NCBI GenBank assembly: GCA_964403825.1
Contig: CAYOHV010000001.1
Location: 1 to 33,270 of the forward strand
DNA from: an uncultured Bifidobacterium sp.
GTDB lineage: Bacteria; Actinomycetota; Acidimicrobiia; Acidimicrobiales; Acidimicrobilacustridaceae
Reading direction: 5' to 3'
Length of the DNA: 33,270 bases
Shown: positions 1-11,020 of the stretch, piece by piece
How the letters are laid out: each line of letters starts with the position of its first letter
How positions within the stretch are numbered: position 1 is the stretch's first letter
Program-made: the position numbers and the translations under genes
The notes under the pieces: model-generated
Told to the model about the DNA's origin: nothing
What the model saw: only the letters and a program-made list of their open reading frames with translations
The model's database searches: none

Positions 1-120
1 GCCGTGTTCACCAGGAGGATAAGGACGACGCTCAAGTGCATCTGTTTCGGCTTTGGTGCCGAAAATATTTGTGCCTAAACGACGAGATACTCGTGCCATG
101 GGGCCGGTATAACGAGCCAT
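1..120 (-). CDS. rpsD: 30S ribosomal protein S4, 5' part (runs off window)
   Basis: Manual translation from ATG at 120: [40 protein letters not shown]; follows rpsK. Not in the ORF track. Confidence 0.95.
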   Translation of the reverse strand, partial: MARYTGPMARVSRRLGTNIFGTKAETDALERRPYPPGEHG

Positions 121-122
121 GA

Positions 123-521
123 TCAGACCCTCCGACGCTTCGGTTGACGACAACCATTATGCGGAACAGGCGTACCGTCTTTAATTCCCGTTACTTCAAT
201 TCCAGTATTTTGGATGCTGCGAATTGCAGTTTCACGACCTGAACCAGGTCCCTTAACTACAACATCTACTTTGCGGACGCCATGTTCCATTGCACGCTTT
301 GCGCATTGCTCTGCAGCTAACTGCGCCGCGAATGGAGTTGACTTACGCGAACCTTTGAATCCGACATTGCCAGCCGATGCCCATGACAAAACGTTTCCGT
401 CTTGATCGGTGATGCTGACAATGGTGTTGTTGAACGAGCTCTTGATATGAGCAACGCCGTAAGTGACGTGTTTGCGTTCCTTCTTGCGGGGGCGACGGCC
501 ACCGCTTGCGGGTTTGGCCAT
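123..521 (-). CDS. rpsK: 30S ribosomal protein S11
   Basis: [32 protein letters not shown] motifs; start moved to MAKPASGG (521), which overlaps the rpsM stop. Confidence 0.97.
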   Translation of the reverse strand: MAKPASGGRRPRKKERKHVTYGVAHIKSSFNNTIVSITDQDGNVLSWASAGNVGFKGSRKSTPFAAQLAAEQCAKRAMEHGVRKVDVVVKGPGSGRETAIRSIQNTGIEVTGIKDGTPVPHNGCRQPKRRRV

Positions 522-898
522 CAGCGAGGTGCCTTCTTCTTTCCGGCAACGGTCTTCTTCGGACCTTTGCGAGTGCGGGCATTGGTATGAGTGCGCTGAC
601 CGCGAACGGGAAGTCCACGACGGTGACGCAATCCTTGATAACAACCAATTTCCATCTTGCGACGAATGTCTTGATCCACGTCACGACGCAAATCACCTTC
701 GACCTTGAGGCCGGCGTCGATAAAGGCGCGAATCTTGTTCACTTCTTCATCGGTGAGTTCGCGCACACGGGTATCAGGATTGATTCCGGTTGCTTCACAA
801 ATTTGCTTGGAAGTGGTGCGACCAATTCCATAGATATACGTAAGGCTGACTTCGAGCCGCTTTTCGCGGGGGATGTCAACACCTGAGATACGTGCCAT
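521..898 (-). CDS. rpsM: 30S ribosomal protein S13
   Basis: [10 protein letters not shown]...[18 protein letters not shown]. Confidence 0.98.
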   Translation of the reverse strand: MARISGVDIPREKRLEVSLTYIYGIGRTTSKQICEATGINPDTRVRELTDEEVNKIRAFIDAGLKVEGDLRRDVDQDIRRKMEIGCYQGLRHRRGLPVRGQRTHTNARTRKGPKKTVAGKKKAPR

Positions 899-901
899 GA
901 C

Positions 902-1015
902 TTACCCCTGACGCTGCTTGTGTCGAGGGGTGTCACAAATGATTTGCACGCGACCATGGCGGCGAATCACCTTGCACTTCTCACAGATCTTCTTGACGCT
1001 TGCGCGTACTTTCAC
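902..1015 (-). CDS. rpmJ: 50S ribosomal protein L36 (Zn-binding C+ type)
   Basis: Manual translation, GTG start: [37 protein letters not shown] (37 aa); below the ORF-track cutoff. Confidence 0.97.
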   Translation of the reverse strand: MKVRASVKKICEKCKVIRRHGRVQIICDTPRHKQRQG

Positions 1016-1102
1016 TGTGTTGTTTTCCTTTCACCTGGTTAATTCCCAGGAACACCGGAACAAAAACTTCCGATGGGTTCGTTATGAACGCTCGTTATGG
1101 GA

Positions 1103-1327
1103 CTACTTATACCGATAGGTAATTCGGCCGCGAGTGAGGTCATACGGGGTCAACTCAACTTGGACACGATCACCGGGGAGAATCCGGATGTAATGCATGC
1201 GCATTTTTCCGGAAATATGAGCCAACACCTTGTGACCATTTTCGAGTTCAACTCGAAACATGGCGTTAGGCAATGGTTCAATAACTGTTCCCTCAAGAAC
1301 AATCGCGTCTTCCTTGGGCTTTGCCAG
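1103..1327 (-). CDS. infA: Translation initiation factor IF-1 (probable CTG start)
   Basis: Manual translation (M)[73 protein letters not shown]; upstream context AGGAGG-ATCATT-CTG. Confidence 0.95.
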   Translation of the reverse strand: MAKPKEDAIVLEGTVIEPLPNAMFRVELENGHKVLAHISGKMRMHYIRILPGDRVQVELTPYDLTRGRITYRYK

Positions 1328-1389
1328 AATGATCCTCCTGTTAGAACGACCACGCGCAAAGGCGCGAGCCGTTTTGGGCCGGACCGTAA

Positions 1390-1418
1390 AAACTACTGGC
1401 GGGAGCGAAATTTTCCAA
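1390..1418 (-). promoter_or_regulatory. Putative sigma-A promoter for infA-rpmJ-rpsM-rpsK-rpsD
   Basis: TTGGAA-N17-TAGTTT on the minus strand in the map-infA gap. Confidence 0.55.
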
Positions 1419-1510
1419 AACGAACCGAGGCCATGCTGAATTCGGTTGAAATTTGCAGGCGAATCGGCCGCTCGCCCACTTCGAGATGACCTTTAACGAA
1501 CATATGTTCG

Positions 1511-2254
1511 TTACGCCTTTGTGAGAATCTCCGGCCCGTTGGCGCCGATCGCCACCGTATGTTCGAAATGAGCGGCCCAACTGCCATCGGCCGACAACAC
1601 TGTCCAGCCATCGGAATCGACAAAGGTTTCGTAATCCCCCATCGTCACCATTGGTTCGATAGCCAACGTCATGCCCTCAAAAAGAGTCATTCCTTTTCCG
1701 GCAGTTCCATAATTTGGAACTTCAGGTTGTTCATGCATTTTGCGACCAATGCCATGACCAACGTAATCACGCACAACGGAAAATCCGGCGGCTTCGACAA
1801 CGGCCTGCACCGCCGCGCCAACATCTCCCAATGTGTTGTTGGGCTTCATGGCTTTAATACCCGCCATTAAAGAAGCTTCGGTGATATCCAAAAGTCGTTG
1901 CGCTTCCGGATCAATTTCACCAACACCGATCGTGAAGGCTGCGTCACCATGCCATCCTTCAACCACTGCACCGCAATCAATGGAAATGATGTCGCCTTCG
2001 TTCAAAACAATGTTTCCCGGAATGCCATGCACAATGACATCGTTAGGCGACGCGCAAATAACAGCCGGATATCCGTGATAACCCAAAAAGTTTGAAGTCG
2101 CCCCGCGCGCGTCAATCACAGCGCGACCAATTTGATCCAACTCGGCTGTGGTTACACCGGGACGAATAGCAGCACGAATTTTTTCATGCATTTCGGCGAC
2201 GACTTTTCCCGCCGCTCTCATATGTTTGAGTTGCTCCGCCGTTCGCTTTTGCAT
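1511..2254 (-). CDS. map: Methionine aminopeptidase type I
   Basis: VHGIP, DIISIDCG, GWHGDAA, GHGIG..HEQP, AIEPM, AAHFEHT motifs; lies after adk. Confidence 0.96.
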   Translation of the reverse strand: MQKRTAEQLKHMRAAGKVVAEMHEKIRAAIRPGVTTAELDQIGRAVIDARGATSNFLGYHGYPAVICASPNDVIVHGIPGNIVLNEGDIISIDCGAVVEGWHGDAAFTIGVGEIDPEAQRLLDITEASLMAGIKAMKPNNTLGDVGAAVQAVVEAAGFSVVRDYVGHGIGRKMHEQPEVPNYGTAGKGMTLFEGMTLAIEPMVTMGDYETFVDSDGWTVLSADGSWAAHFEHTVAIGANGPEILTKA

Positions 2255-2271
2255 TTCAACGGCAATTCAAA

Positions 2272-2919
2272 TTAGCGACCGAGCGCCTGGTCGATGGCTT
2301 GACGTAAACGATCGCCCACTTCATCGGGTGTTCCTAAACCGTCAACGCGAATGAGGTTGCCGGAACGTTCATAAAAATCAATGGTTGGCTGCGTTTCTGA
2401 GGCATAAGCCGCTAAACGCTTGGCGATTGATTCGGGAGTGTCATCGGCGCGCTGAACAACATTGCCGCCACATGAATCGCATTTCCAATCATTGGCCGGC
2501 GGCATTGACGTCGAATAAATAGCGCTGCACTTTTCGCACACGCGACGTGATGACATGCGTTCCATCACAACATCTTCGGGAACAACTAAATCAATGGCGA
2601 CATCAACCGACGCAAAGGCTGACATTCGTTCGGCCTGCACAACGGTGCGAGGGAACCCGTCCAAAAGAAAACCATTTTGCGCAACGTCATCGGCGGCTAA
2701 GCGTTCTTCAACAACACCCAAGATGATGTCGTCTGAAACCAGACCACCAGCATCCATAACTTCTTTGGCCTGTAAACCAATTGGCGTGCCCGCAGCAACA
2801 GCCGCGCGCAACATATCGCCAGTAGAAATATGAGGAACTCCGTAGTGCTGCGACAGACGCGTGGATTGAGTTCCTTTGCCTGCACCCTGTCGCCCAAAAA
2901 TAACTAGGCGAACGGTCAT
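2272..2919 (-). CDS. adk: Adenylate kinase (Zn-binding LID)
   Basis: GRQGAGKGTQ P-loop, HISTGDMLR, LDGFPRT, LID CEKC...CDSC. Confidence 0.97.
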   Translation of the reverse strand: MTVRLVIFGRQGAGKGTQSTRLSQHYGVPHISTGDMLRAAVAAGTPIGLQAKEVMDAGGLVSDDIILGVVEERLAADDVAQNGFLLDGFPRTVVQAERMSAFASVDVAIDLVVPEDVVMERMSSRRVCEKCSAIYSTSMPPANDWKCDSCGGNVVQRADDTPESIAKRLAAYASETQPTIDFYERSGNLIRVDGLGTPDEVGDRLRQAIDQALGR

Positions 2920-4229
2920 GTCTTAAGGAATCCCTCGTAATTTCGCATCATTAATTGACCATCGATTTGCTTCATGGTCTCAAGTGCGACGCCGACCGCA
3001 ATCAAGATGGAAATACCGGTGAAGGAAATTTGGTTTGACGGCAAATAGGCAGTCAATAACAACGATGGAATCAACGCCACGGCAGCAATAAACAATGCGC
3101 CGGGCAAAGTGATGCGTGAAAGAACTTTGGCTAAGTAACGCTCGGTTTGCGGACCGGGGCGAATACCAGGAATAAAGCCACCTTGTTTACGCAATTGGTC
3201 GGCCTGCTTCACCGGATCAAAAGTGATGGCCGTATAGAAATAAGCGAATCCGATAATCAAAAGACCGAAGACCAAAAGGTGAATCGGAGCAGTCGGATTG
3301 GCCAGATTGGAGTTCATCCAATCTTGTAATGATTTGCCCCAACCATCCGAGGGCAGGACAAACGAAAGCAACTGCGGAATATAAAGAACCGATGAGGCAA
3401 AAATGATCGGAATAACACCCGATTGGTTGACCTTGATCGGAATGTACGTTGACTGTCCGCCGTACATACGACGGCCAACCACGCGCTTGGCGAATTGCAC
3501 CGGAATACGGCGCTGACCTTGTTCGACGAACACGATCGCAGCCGTAATTAAGACAAAACCAACTAGAACAACAGCCAAGCCTGCTGCTCCGCCACCGTTA
3601 AAGATTTGACCGACCATGGCCGGCAGCGAACTCACAACCGAGGCGAAAATCAAAAGCGACATACCGTTACCGATACCGCGTTGCGTAATGAGTTCACCCA
3701 TCCACATAAGTAGCGCCGTACCGGCGGTAAGCGTAAGCACGATCAGCATGACGCGAGCCGGCGTGAAATCGGGAATGAGATCAACGGGAAGACGCGTCTT
3801 AACTAAACCGCCACCACCGTTATGGAAGAGATAGGCCATACCCGTGGCTTGCAAAATTGCAATACCAATAGTGACGTAACGAGTCCATTGAGTGATTTTG
3901 CGCTGACCAACCGCACCTTGGTTTTGCCATTCCTCAAGTTTCGGAATAACAACACCCAAAATCTGCATGATGATTGATGCCGTGATGTACGGCATGATGC
4001 CGAGAGCGAAAATGGCGAAGTTGGTAAGACCTTGTCCAGAGAACAAGTTCAATAACGCTAGAACGCCGCCCTGTTCGGCTTGTTCGCGCAACGTCTGCAA
4101 AGCATTGAGATCGATACCGGGAACGGGCAGATGCGCGCCAAACCGATAAAGAAGAATCATCGCCAATGTGAACAGGATCTTGTTGCGAAGATCGTTCACC
4201 CTGAAGATGTTCAACAGGTTCTGTAGCAC
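2916..4229 (-). CDS. secY: Preprotein translocase subunit SecY
   Basis: FALGIMPYITASII, GIGNGMSLLIF, GGFIPGIRPG; multiple TM segments; GTG start with AGGAG SD. Confidence 0.98.
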   Translation of the reverse strand: MLQNLLNIFRVNDLRNKILFTLAMILLYRFGAHLPVPGIDLNALQTLREQAEQGGVLALLNLFSGQGLTNFAIFALGIMPYITASIIMQILGVVIPKLEEWQNQGAVGQRKITQWTRYVTIGIAILQATGMAYLFHNGGGGLVKTRLPVDLIPDFTPARVMLIVLTLTAGTALLMWMGELITQRGIGNGMSLLIFASVVSSLPAMVGQIFNGGGAAGLAVVLVGFVLITAAIVFVEQGQRRIPVQFAKRVVGRRMYGGQSTYIPIKVNQSGVIPIIFASSVLYIPQLLSFVLPSDGWGKSLQDWMNSNLANPTAPIHLLVFGLLIIGFAYFYTAITFDPVKQADQLRKQGGFIPGIRPGPQTERYLAKVLSRITLPGALFIAAVALIPSLLLTAYLPSNQISFTGISILIAVGVALETMKQIDGQLMMRNYEGFLKT

Positions 4230-4282
4230 GGCGTACTCCTCGTCACGGAATCACCCATGATTCCTAGCAGGTTTGTTAGCGA

Positions 4283-4771
4283 TTATCGGTTCGTGAACTG
4301 ATTGCCCTGTGCCGGTGGGCGACGGTCGCCCCATGGCAAGGGTAAAACTTCAATGGTTCCGCCGGCGGCGATGATCGCCGCTTCCGCCGATTTGGAAAAT
4401 CCGTGAGCTTTGACATTCACGGCACGCGAGATTTCGCCTCGGCCAAGAACCTTGACCAATGCGCCCTTGGAGACCAGGCCCTTCGAAAGAAGAGATACCG
4501 GATCAACCTGATCGAGACCACATTCATTAATGGTGTCGAGATTGATGGCTTGGTACTCAACGCGGAATGGGTTGTTAAAGCCGCGCAACTTCGGAACACG
4601 CATATGCAATGGCATTTGTCCACCCTCGAAACGAGCGGGGATGTTGGTGCGTGCGCCTTGGCCCTTGGTACCGCGGCCTGCGGTCTTGCCGCCTTTGCCG
4701 CCGATACCGCGACCGACGCGCTTACGACGACGGGTGGCACCTTCGGCTGGTTTGAGATCGTGAATCTTCAC
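4283..4771 (-). CDS. rplO: 50S ribosomal protein L15
   Basis: RVGRGIGGKGGKTAGRGTKGQ, FEGGQMPL. Confidence 0.97.
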   Translation of the reverse strand: MKIHDLKPAEGATRRRKRVGRGIGGKGGKTAGRGTKGQGARTNIPARFEGGQMPLHMRVPKLRGFNNPFRVEYQAINLDTINECGLDQVDPVSLLSKGLVSKGALVKVLGRGEISRAVNVKAHGFSKSAEAAIIAAGGTIEVLPLPWGDRRPPAQGNQFTNR

Positions 4772-4781
4772 TTTTCCTCGC

Positions 4782-4967
4782 TTAGGACTGAACTTCTTCG
4801 ACCTTCACAAGATGCGTCACACGTGACAGCATCCCGCGAATTTCCGGTCGATCAGGAAGTGTGTGGGTTTTGCCGATACGTCCCAAACCGAGCGCACGTA
4901 ATGTGCCGCGGTGCTTGGGCTTGGTACCAATTGATGAACGAACTTGAGTGACCTTCAACGATGCCAT
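4782..4967 (-). CDS. rpmD: 50S ribosomal protein L30
   Basis: LKVTQVRSSIG...TLRALGL...HLVKVEE; spc operon position. Confidence 0.96.
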   Translation of the reverse strand: MASLKVTQVRSSIGTKPKHRGTLRALGLGRIGKTHTLPDRPEIRGMLSRVTHLVKVEEVQS

Positions 4968-5530
4968 TACGCCACCTCATTGGGAATATGTGGGCCGCGC
5001 TCTGATTCGATGAATGCTTTCAACATTCCGGCGGGAACGAATTCTTCCGGATCGAGGCCACGCAAACGGGCAACTTCCTTCGGATCTTTCAACGCCTGCA
5101 AACCAGCAATAGTTGCGCGGGCAACGTTGATGTGGTTCGACGAACCAAGTGACTTACAAAGAACGTCGTGAATGCCGGCTTCTTCCAAAATGGCGCGTGC
5201 AGCACCACCAGCAATAACACCAGTACCAGGAGCCGCTGGTTGGATAAGAACGCGACCGGCACCCATACGTCCAACGACGGGATGAGTAACAGTGGTTCCT
5301 GCCAACGGAACTTTGAACAAGTTTTTGCGGGCTTCTTCGGTTCCCTTTTGAATGGCCAACGGAACTTCTTTGGCCTTTCCGTAACCGAGACCAACATGTC
5401 CGGCGCCATCACCAATCACTACTAATGCCGTGAACGAGAAGCGACGACCGCCCTTCACAACTTTGGCTACGCGATTGATATTGATCACGCGCGACTCGCG
5501 TAACGCGAGTGCATCAACATTGTGAATCAT
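4967..5530 (-). CDS. rpsE: 30S ribosomal protein S5
   Basis: [36 protein letters not shown]. Confidence 0.97.
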   Translation of the reverse strand: MIHNVDALALRESRVININRVAKVVKGGRRFSFTALVVIGDGAGHVGLGYGKAKEVPLAIQKGTEEARKNLFKVPLAGTTVTHPVVGRMGAGRVLIQPAAPGTGVIAGGAARAILEEAGIHDVLCKSLGSSNHINVARATIAGLQALKDPKEVARLRGLDPEEFVPAGMLKAFIESERGPHIPNEVA

Positions 5531-5895
5531 CAGAACTCCAGTCCTGCTTCTCGAGCGGCATCAGCTACTGCCGCGACTCGACCGTGATAGAGGAATCCAC
5601 CACGATCAAAGACAACTTGGTTCACACCGGCAGCCTTAGCGCGTTCGGCCAAAACTTTGCCAACGGCAGTGGCAGCCGAAACATTGCTCGTGCCACCAGT
5701 AACAACACCAGTTTCAACTGTCGATGCTGCGGCCAAAGTGCGACCGGCAATGTCATCAATAATTTGAGCGCTGATATGACGATTCGAGCGGTAAACCGCA
5801 AGACGCGGACGAGCCGCAGTTCCTCGAACCTGCTTACGTACTCGGCGATGACGACGAATACGCGCATTGCGCTTTTGCTGTGCTTTATCGCTCAT
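5530..5895 (-). CDS. rplR: 50S ribosomal protein L18
   Basis: [30 protein letters not shown]. Confidence 0.97.
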   Translation of the reverse strand: MSDKAQQKRNARIRRHRRVRKQVRGTAARPRLAVYRSNRHISAQIIDDIAGRTLAAASTVETGVVTGGTSNVSAATAVGKVLAERAKAAGVNQVVFDRGGFLYHGRVAAVADAAREAGLEF

Positions 5896-6434
5896 TACTT
5901 ACCTGCCTTGCCGGCCTTACGGGCGACATACTCGTCGCGGTAACGAACACCCTTGCCTTTATATGGTTCGGGCTTACGAATTGAGCGGATGTTGGCCGCA
6001 ACCTGACCCACAGTCTCTTTATCAATTCCCTTCACCATGATTTGCGTAGGCGAAGGAACTTCAAAAGTGATTCCTGCCGGTGCTTGCACACTGACGGGAT
6101 GACTAAAGCCAAGAGCTAATTCCAAAGTGGAATCGCCCTTGGGGGTGGCGCGATAACCGACACCGATAATTTCGAGTTCTTTGGTGAAGCCTTCGCTTAC
6201 ACCGATCACCATGTTGCTCACTAATGAACGAACCAAACCATGCAATGCACGATTGGTACGTTCATCATTGGGGCGTTCCACGATGAGTTCAGAGCCCTCT
6301 TGACGAATTGTGATTTCACCCGGGATATCTCGTTCGAGAGTTCCCTTCGGGCCTTTCACAGAAATATGTGCACCCGCGATGTTGACTTCAACACCACTGG
6401 GAACATTGATGGGAGCGCGTCCTACACGTGACAT
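5895..6434 (-). CDS. rplF: 50S ribosomal protein L6
   Basis: [26 protein letters not shown]. Confidence 0.97.
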   Translation of the reverse strand: MSRVGRAPINVPSGVEVNIAGAHISVKGPKGTLERDIPGEITIRQEGSELIVERPNDERTNRALHGLVRSLVSNMVIGVSEGFTKELEIIGVGYRATPKGDSTLELALGFSHPVSVQAPAGITFEVPSPTQIMVKGIDKETVGQVAANIRSIRKPEPYKGKGVRYRDEYVARKAGKAGK

Positions 6435-6443
6435 CTTTGCCTC

Positions 6444-6848
6444 CTACCAAACAAAGCAAAGGATCTCGCCGCCCATGCGACGCTTACGCGCCTCACGGTC
6501 GGTCATAAGACCCTGACTAGTGGACAGGACAGCGACACCTAAGCCACCAAGAACACGCGGGATCTTGTCAGCCTTGGTGTACACACGCAGACCCGGTTTC
6601 GACACGCGCTTAACACCAGAGATGACGCGCTTGCGTTCGGGCGAATATTTCATGGTCACAACCAATGTGCGACCGGGACGGGTTGGTTCGTCATCGATGG
6701 AGAAACCTTCGATGAAACCTTCCTTCACTAACAATTGCGCTAACGCTTCTTTCACCTTCGACGACGGCATACGTACTTCGTCGTGCATGGCGGTATTGGC
6801 GTTGCGAATGCGAGTGAGCATGTCAGCAATGGGATCAGTCATTGTCAT
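6444..6848 (-). CDS. rpsH: 30S ribosomal protein S8
   Basis: [34 protein letters not shown]; start moved to 6848. Confidence 0.97.
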   Translation of the reverse strand: MTMTDPIADMLTRIRNANTAMHDEVRMPSSKVKEALAQLLVKEGFIEGFSIDDEPTRPGRTLVVTMKYSPERKRVISGVKRVSKPGLRVYTKADKIPRVLGGLGVAVLSTSQGLMTDREARKRRMGGEILCFVW

Positions 6849-6862
6849 TGTTCGTGCCTCCC

Positions 6863-7048
6863 CTACCAACTTGCTTTCTTGAGACCAGGGATCTCACCGG
6901 CATGACCAAGTTCGCGAAGGCAAACACGGCACAAAAGGAACTTGCGGTACACCGCGCGTGGGCGACCACAACGTTGGCAACGCGTGTAACCGCGCACCTT
7001 GAACTTCGGGGTGCGTCGTTGCTTATTTACGAGCGCTTTCTTTGCCAT
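6863..7048 (-). CDS. rpsN: 30S ribosomal protein S14 type Z (Zn-binding, 61 aa)
   Basis: RCQRCGRPR...LCRVCLRE. Confidence 0.97.
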   Translation of the reverse strand: MAKKALVNKQRRTPKFKVRGYTRCQRCGRPRAVYRKFLLCRVCLRELGHAGEIPGLKKASW

Positions 7049-7620
7049 TACTGCTGCCCCTCACGCTTGAACGGGAAACCAAATGCATCGAGCAACGCTT
7101 TTCCTTCGGCATTGCTAAGTGCGGTGGTCACGATGGTGATATCGAAACCACGTTGAACATCAACCTTGTCGTAATCGATTTCCGGGAACATCAATTGCTC
7201 CGGCAAACCGAAGGTGTAATTGCCATGGCCATCAAAAGCCTTGGGCGACAACCCACGGAAGTCACGAATACGAGGAATGGCCAGCGAAATCAAACGGTCA
7301 AGGAATTCCCACATGCGATCGCCACGCAGAGTGACTTTCACACCAATGGCATTTCCTTCACGGAGTTTGAAACCCGCGATTGATTTCTTGGCCTTGGTTA
7401 CAACTGCTTTTTGACCAGTGATCATTTCGACATCGCGCACGGCGCCTTCAATCAAAGATTGTTGGGCCAACGCTTTACCAACGCCGGAGTTGATCACGAT
7501 CTTTTCGAAACGGGGTACTTCCATAATGTTCTTGAGACCCAGCGTTTCTTTTAATGCGGCGCGCACTTCGTCGTTATAACGAGCCTTGAGACGAGGTACT
7601 GAAGTAGTTGCGGTGCTCAT
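7048..7620 (-). CDS. rplE: 50S ribosomal protein L5
   Basis: [33 protein letters not shown]. Confidence 0.97.
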   Translation of the reverse strand: MSTATTSVPRLKARYNDEVRAALKETLGLKNIMEVPRFEKIVINSGVGKALAQQSLIEGAVRDVEMITGQKAVVTKAKKSIAGFKLREGNAIGVKVTLRGDRMWEFLDRLISLAIPRIRDFRGLSPKAFDGHGNYTFGLPEQLMFPEIDYDKVDVQRGFDITIVTTALSNAEGKALLDAFGFPFKREGQQ

Positions 7621-7931
7621 GAGAGATCTCCCTCACACTTGCGACAAACACGAACCTTGGCGCCGTTTGGTTCCATGCGGTGACCAATACGAGTTGGCTT
7701 TCCGCATGAACCGCAAACAATGGCGACGTTCGACGCATCAATCGGCATTTCTTTATCGATGATGCCGCCGGGATCGGTTTGGCTACGGGGCTTTTGATGC
7801 TTCTTGGCAACGTTGACACCATCAACAATGACTTTGCCGGATTCGGGAATGGCCCGACTCACAACACCGGTCTTGCCACGGTCTTTACCGGCCAAAACTT
7901 GAACGCGATCACCTTTACGAATTTTCATCAC
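7617..7931 (-). CDS. rplX: 50S ribosomal protein L24
   Basis: [21 protein letters not shown] motif; CGSC...CRKC. Confidence 0.97.
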   Translation of the reverse strand: MMKIRKGDRVQVLAGKDRGKTGVVSRAIPESGKVIVDGVNVAKKHQKPRSQTDPGGIIDKEMPIDASNVAIVCGSCGKPTRIGHRMEPNGAKVRVCRKCEGDLS

Positions 7932-8296
7932 AACACCTCCGGTGCCAATGAAACGATTCGCATGAACTTCTTGTCGCGCAATTCACGGCCAACCGGTCCG
8001 AAGATACGGGTGCCGCGCGGTTGCATGTTGTCGTTGATCAGCACGGCTGCGTTTTCATCAAACTTGATGTAGGAACCGTCGGGACGACGCTTTTCCTTCT
8101 TCACACGCACGACAACACATTTGACGACGTCGCCCTTTTTCACACCGGCACCAGGAATGGCGTCTTTGACGGTGGCAACGAAGACGTCACCGATCGAGGC
8201 ATAACGACGACGGGTGCCGCCCAATACCTTGATGCAAAGAACTTCCTTGGCGCCGCTGTTATCAGCGACTCGCAAGCGGGACTCTTGTTGAATCAT
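7928..8296 (-). CDS. rplN: 50S ribosomal protein L14
   Basis: [17 protein letters not shown]...SLAPEVL; start moved to 8296. Confidence 0.98.
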   Translation of the reverse strand: MIQQESRLRVADNSGAKEVLCIKVLGGTRRRYASIGDVFVATVKDAIPGAGVKKGDVVKCVVVRVKKEKRRPDGSYIKFDENAAVLINDNMQPRGTRIFGPVGRELRDKKFMRIVSLAPEVL

Positions 8297-8571
8297 CGTG
8301 CACGCTCCACGACATCTACGACGCGCCAACGCTTCAACTTTGAAAGCGGACGGGTCTCTTGCACACGCACGCGGTCGCCAGTGTTGAGATCGTTGGTCTC
8401 ATCATGGACATACAACTTGTTTGTGCGCTGAACGGTCTTGTTGTAGCGCGGGTGACGAACGCGGTCGGTCACGGCAACAACGGCTGTCTTGTCCATTGCT
8501 GTCGATACGACAATGCCTTCGCGCACCTTGCGCGGATTCGGGCGCTGGTTGGCCGCAGTTTCTTCAGCCAT
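8293..8571 (-). CDS. rpsQ: 30S ribosomal protein S17
   Basis: [23 protein letters not shown]. Confidence 0.97.
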   Translation of the reverse strand: MAEETAANQRPNPRKVREGIVVSTAMDKTAVVAVTDRVRHPRYNKTVQRTNKLYVHDETNDLNTGDRVRVQETRPLSKLKRWRVVDVVERAR

Positions 8572-8801
8572 CAGACGTTCTCCTCACTTTTCGCCATAGC
8601 TTCTGCTGCAGCGATTTCGCGCTCACGCAGTTCGGTATTTAAACGAGCGATCTGTTTGCGAACTGTTCCTAAACGAGCGGTGTTATCTAACTGACCGGTC
8701 ACGTGTTGGAAACGCAAGTTGAAGAGTTCTTCTTTTGCGTCGGCCAAACTGCTGAGCAGTTCGGCATCGCCAAGATCACGAATTGATTGTTGCTTTGCCA
8801 T
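8571..8801 (-). CDS. rpmC: 50S ribosomal protein L29
   Basis: [23 protein letters not shown]. Confidence 0.96.
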   Translation of the reverse strand: MAKQQSIRDLGDAELLSSLADAKEELFNLRFQHVTGQLDNTARLGTVRKQIARLNTELREREIAAAEAMAKSEENV

Positions 8802-9217
8802 TAGAGCGCTTCCTCTCGTGCAACGAAACGAGCCTTAATCGGCAACTTTTGAATGGCGCGCTCGATAGCCGCACGCGCAATCGCCGGATCGTTGTATGAC
8901 AACTCGAACATGATGCGACCGGGCTTAACAACAGCAACCCAGCGCTCGGGATTTCCTTTTCCGGAACCCATACGAGTTTCAGCCGGCTTTTGTGTCACAG
9001 GCTTGTCGGGGAACACGTTTATCCACACCTTGCCACCGCGCTTGATATGACGAGTCATAGCAATACGAGCAGCTTCGATTTGGCGAGCGGTTACCCAGCC
9101 TGGTTCTAAAGCTTGAATGCCGTAATCACCGAATGACACCTCAGTGCCACCCTTTGATTGGCCCTTCATACGGCCGCGTTGATGTTTACGGTGCTTGACC
9201 TTCTTAGGCATCAACAT
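8801..9217 (-). CDS. rplP: 50S ribosomal protein L16
   Basis: [29 protein letters not shown]. Confidence 0.98.
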   Translation of the reverse strand: MLMPKKVKHRKHQRGRMKGQSKGGTEVSFGDYGIQALEPGWVTARQIEAARIAMTRHIKRGGKVWINVFPDKPVTQKPAETRMGSGKGNPERWVAVVKPGRIMFELSYNDPAIARAAIERAIQKLPIKARFVAREEAL

Positions 9218-9219
9218 GA

Positions 9220-10104
9220 TCAGTCACCATCCCCGGGTCGGAAGTGCGGAGTTTCATGATGCTGACGAGTTGAGCGTTCAATCTCTTCCTCTTCAGCTAA
9301 GAGACGTTCGAGTTCCGGATCTGCTTCTTTAATAAGCGGAGCGGCTTCTACGTCTTCGATTTCTTCTTCACGGCGACGTGATGAAACAACCTTGCGGGGA
9401 CGTGCATCGCCCGAAGTTTCGCCAACAGCCATTGCTGCTTCGCGGGTTGCTTTATCTTCGAGGTTGCTCTTATAAGGAAGGATGTCTCCCTTGTAGAGCC
9501 AAACCTTGACGCCAATGCGTCCATAAGGAGTGCGTGCTTCACGGAAGCCGTAATCGATATCAGCGCGCAGCGTGTGCAACGGCACACGACCTTCGCGATA
9601 CCACTCGGTACGTGACATTTCGGCGCCGCCTAAGCGACCGGCGCACTGCACACGAATACCAAGCGCGCCGGCCTTCTGCGCGTTTTGCACGGCGCGCTTC
9701 ATGGCACGACGGAATGCAACACGACCGGCTAACTGATCAGCAACACCTTGAGCAATCAATGCAGCATCAAGTTCTGGTTGCTTAATCTCTTGAATATTGA
9801 GTTGAACTTTGTTGTTGCCGGAAATCTTGGTGAGACCAGCACGCAAACGATCGGCTTCTGCACCACGACGACCAATAACAATGCCCGGACGAGCAGTGTG
9901 GACATCGACACGCAAGCGATCACGTGTGCGCTCAACTTCGATGCGGCTAATAGCGGCATGAGGAAGTTCAGTCATTAAGTAATCGCGAATTTGCCAGTCT
10001 TGAATCAAGTTGTCGGCATACTCGCGACGATCGGCGAACCAACGTGATTTCCAATCGGTGATAACACCGAGACGGAAACCGTACGGGTTGACTTTCTGAC
10101 CCAT
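9220..10104 (-). CDS. rpsC: 30S ribosomal protein S3 with C-terminal extension
   Basis: [26 protein letters not shown] motif, [14 protein letters not shown]. Confidence 0.98.
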   Translation of the reverse strand: MGQKVNPYGFRLGVITDWKSRWFADRREYADNLIQDWQIRDYLMTELPHAAISRIEVERTRDRLRVDVHTARPGIVIGRRGAEADRLRAGLTKISGNNKVQLNIQEIKQPELDAALIAQGVADQLAGRVAFRRAMKRAVQNAQKAGALGIRVQCAGRLGGAEMSRTEWYREGRVPLHTLRADIDYGFREARTPYGRIGVKVWLYKGDILPYKSNLEDKATREAAMAVGETSGDARPRKVVSSRRREEEIEDVEAAPLIKEADPELERLLAEEEEIERSTRQHHETPHFRPGDGD

Positions 10105-10730
10105 CAGGCGTCCTTCCCGTCAGTTGTTTCCTCGGCTGCTTCTTCGGCAACGTCGTTCATTTCGATTTCATCAACCTGTTCTTCATGATCGTGATCGTGT
10201 TCATGATCGTGGTCATGATCGTGATCGTGATCGTGTTCATCTTTGCGTTCGGCCTTTGCGGCACGGCTGCGGGCGACACGTTCGCGACGTGCTTCAGCGG
10301 CAGCGCGACCACCAGAAACGCGACCGCTTGCGGCTTCACGTGCACGCAACTTCTCAAGTTCGTCAGCGGAGAGACGACTCACGATGACGGTGATATGACA
10401 AGTGCGCTTACGAATACGAGTGGCACGGCCACGCGCACGCGGACGCCAACGCTTAAGCGTTGGGCCTTCATCGGCATAACAGGCTGAAACGAAAAGTTCG
10501 TCAGCCGGAATGTCGTTGTTGTGTTCAGCATTGGCAATTGCCGATTCCAAACACTTCAAAACTGTGCGTGAAACTTCACGATCAAGAAGTTCGAGCATTT
10601 CCAGCGCACGAGCAACGGGAAGTCCGCGAATTTCATCGAGAACTTCGCGTGCCTTATACGCCGATGAACGGACGTACTTGACTTGCGAACGAACGCCGGG
10701 GCGCTCGTTGGTCTTCACTCCGAAGGCCAT
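10104..10730 (-). CDS. rplV: 50S ribosomal protein L22 with His/Asp-rich C-terminal extension
   Basis: [34 protein letters not shown] followed by an ~90 aa tail. Confidence 0.97.
   Translation of the reverse strand: MAFGVKTNERPGVRSQVKYVRSSAYKAREVLDEIRGLPVARALEMLELLDREVSRTVLKCLESAIANAEHNNDIPADELFVSACYADEGPTLKRWRPRARGRATRIRKRTCHITVIVSRLSADELEKLRAREAASGRVSGGRAAAEARRERVARSRAAKAERKDEHDHDHDHDHDHEHDHDHEEQVDEIEMNDVAEEAAEETTDGKDA
10185..10241. repeat. Hexamer tandem repeat (GATCGT-like) encoding (HD/HE)n in rplV
   Basis: catgatcgtgatcgtgttcatgatcgtggtcatgatcgtgatcgtgatcgtgttcat. Confidence 0.9.
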
Positions 10731-11008
10731 TAGCGGCGTCCCTTCTTTTCTTGACCGGCATGGAACTTGAAGGTTCGTGTCGGTGCGAATTCACCAAGTT
10801 TGTGACCCACCATTGATTCGGTGACATACACCGGAACATGCTTACGTCCGTCATGGACGGCCATGGTGTGGCCAACCATTTCGGGAATGATGGTGGAACG
10901 ACGAGACCAAGTCTTGATGACTTTCTTTTCGTTTTGTTCGTTCAGTGCATCGACCTTCTTGAGCAGATGATCGTCGACGAACGGACCTTTTTTGAGTGAG
11001 CGTGCCAT
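10730..11008 (-). CDS. rpsS: 30S ribosomal protein S19
   Basis: [32 protein letters not shown]. Confidence 0.98.
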   Translation of the reverse strand: MARSLKKGPFVDDHLLKKVDALNEQNEKKVIKTWSRRSTIIPEMVGHTMAVHDGRKHVPVYVTESMVGHKLGEFAPTRTFKFHAGQEKKGRR

Positions 11009-11020
11009 GTTGTTGGTCTC

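Noticed and set aside
10185-10241. Tandem repeat as possible CRISPR or contingency locus
   Set aside because: In-frame 6-nt units with no spacers and no cas genes; length changes would keep the frame.
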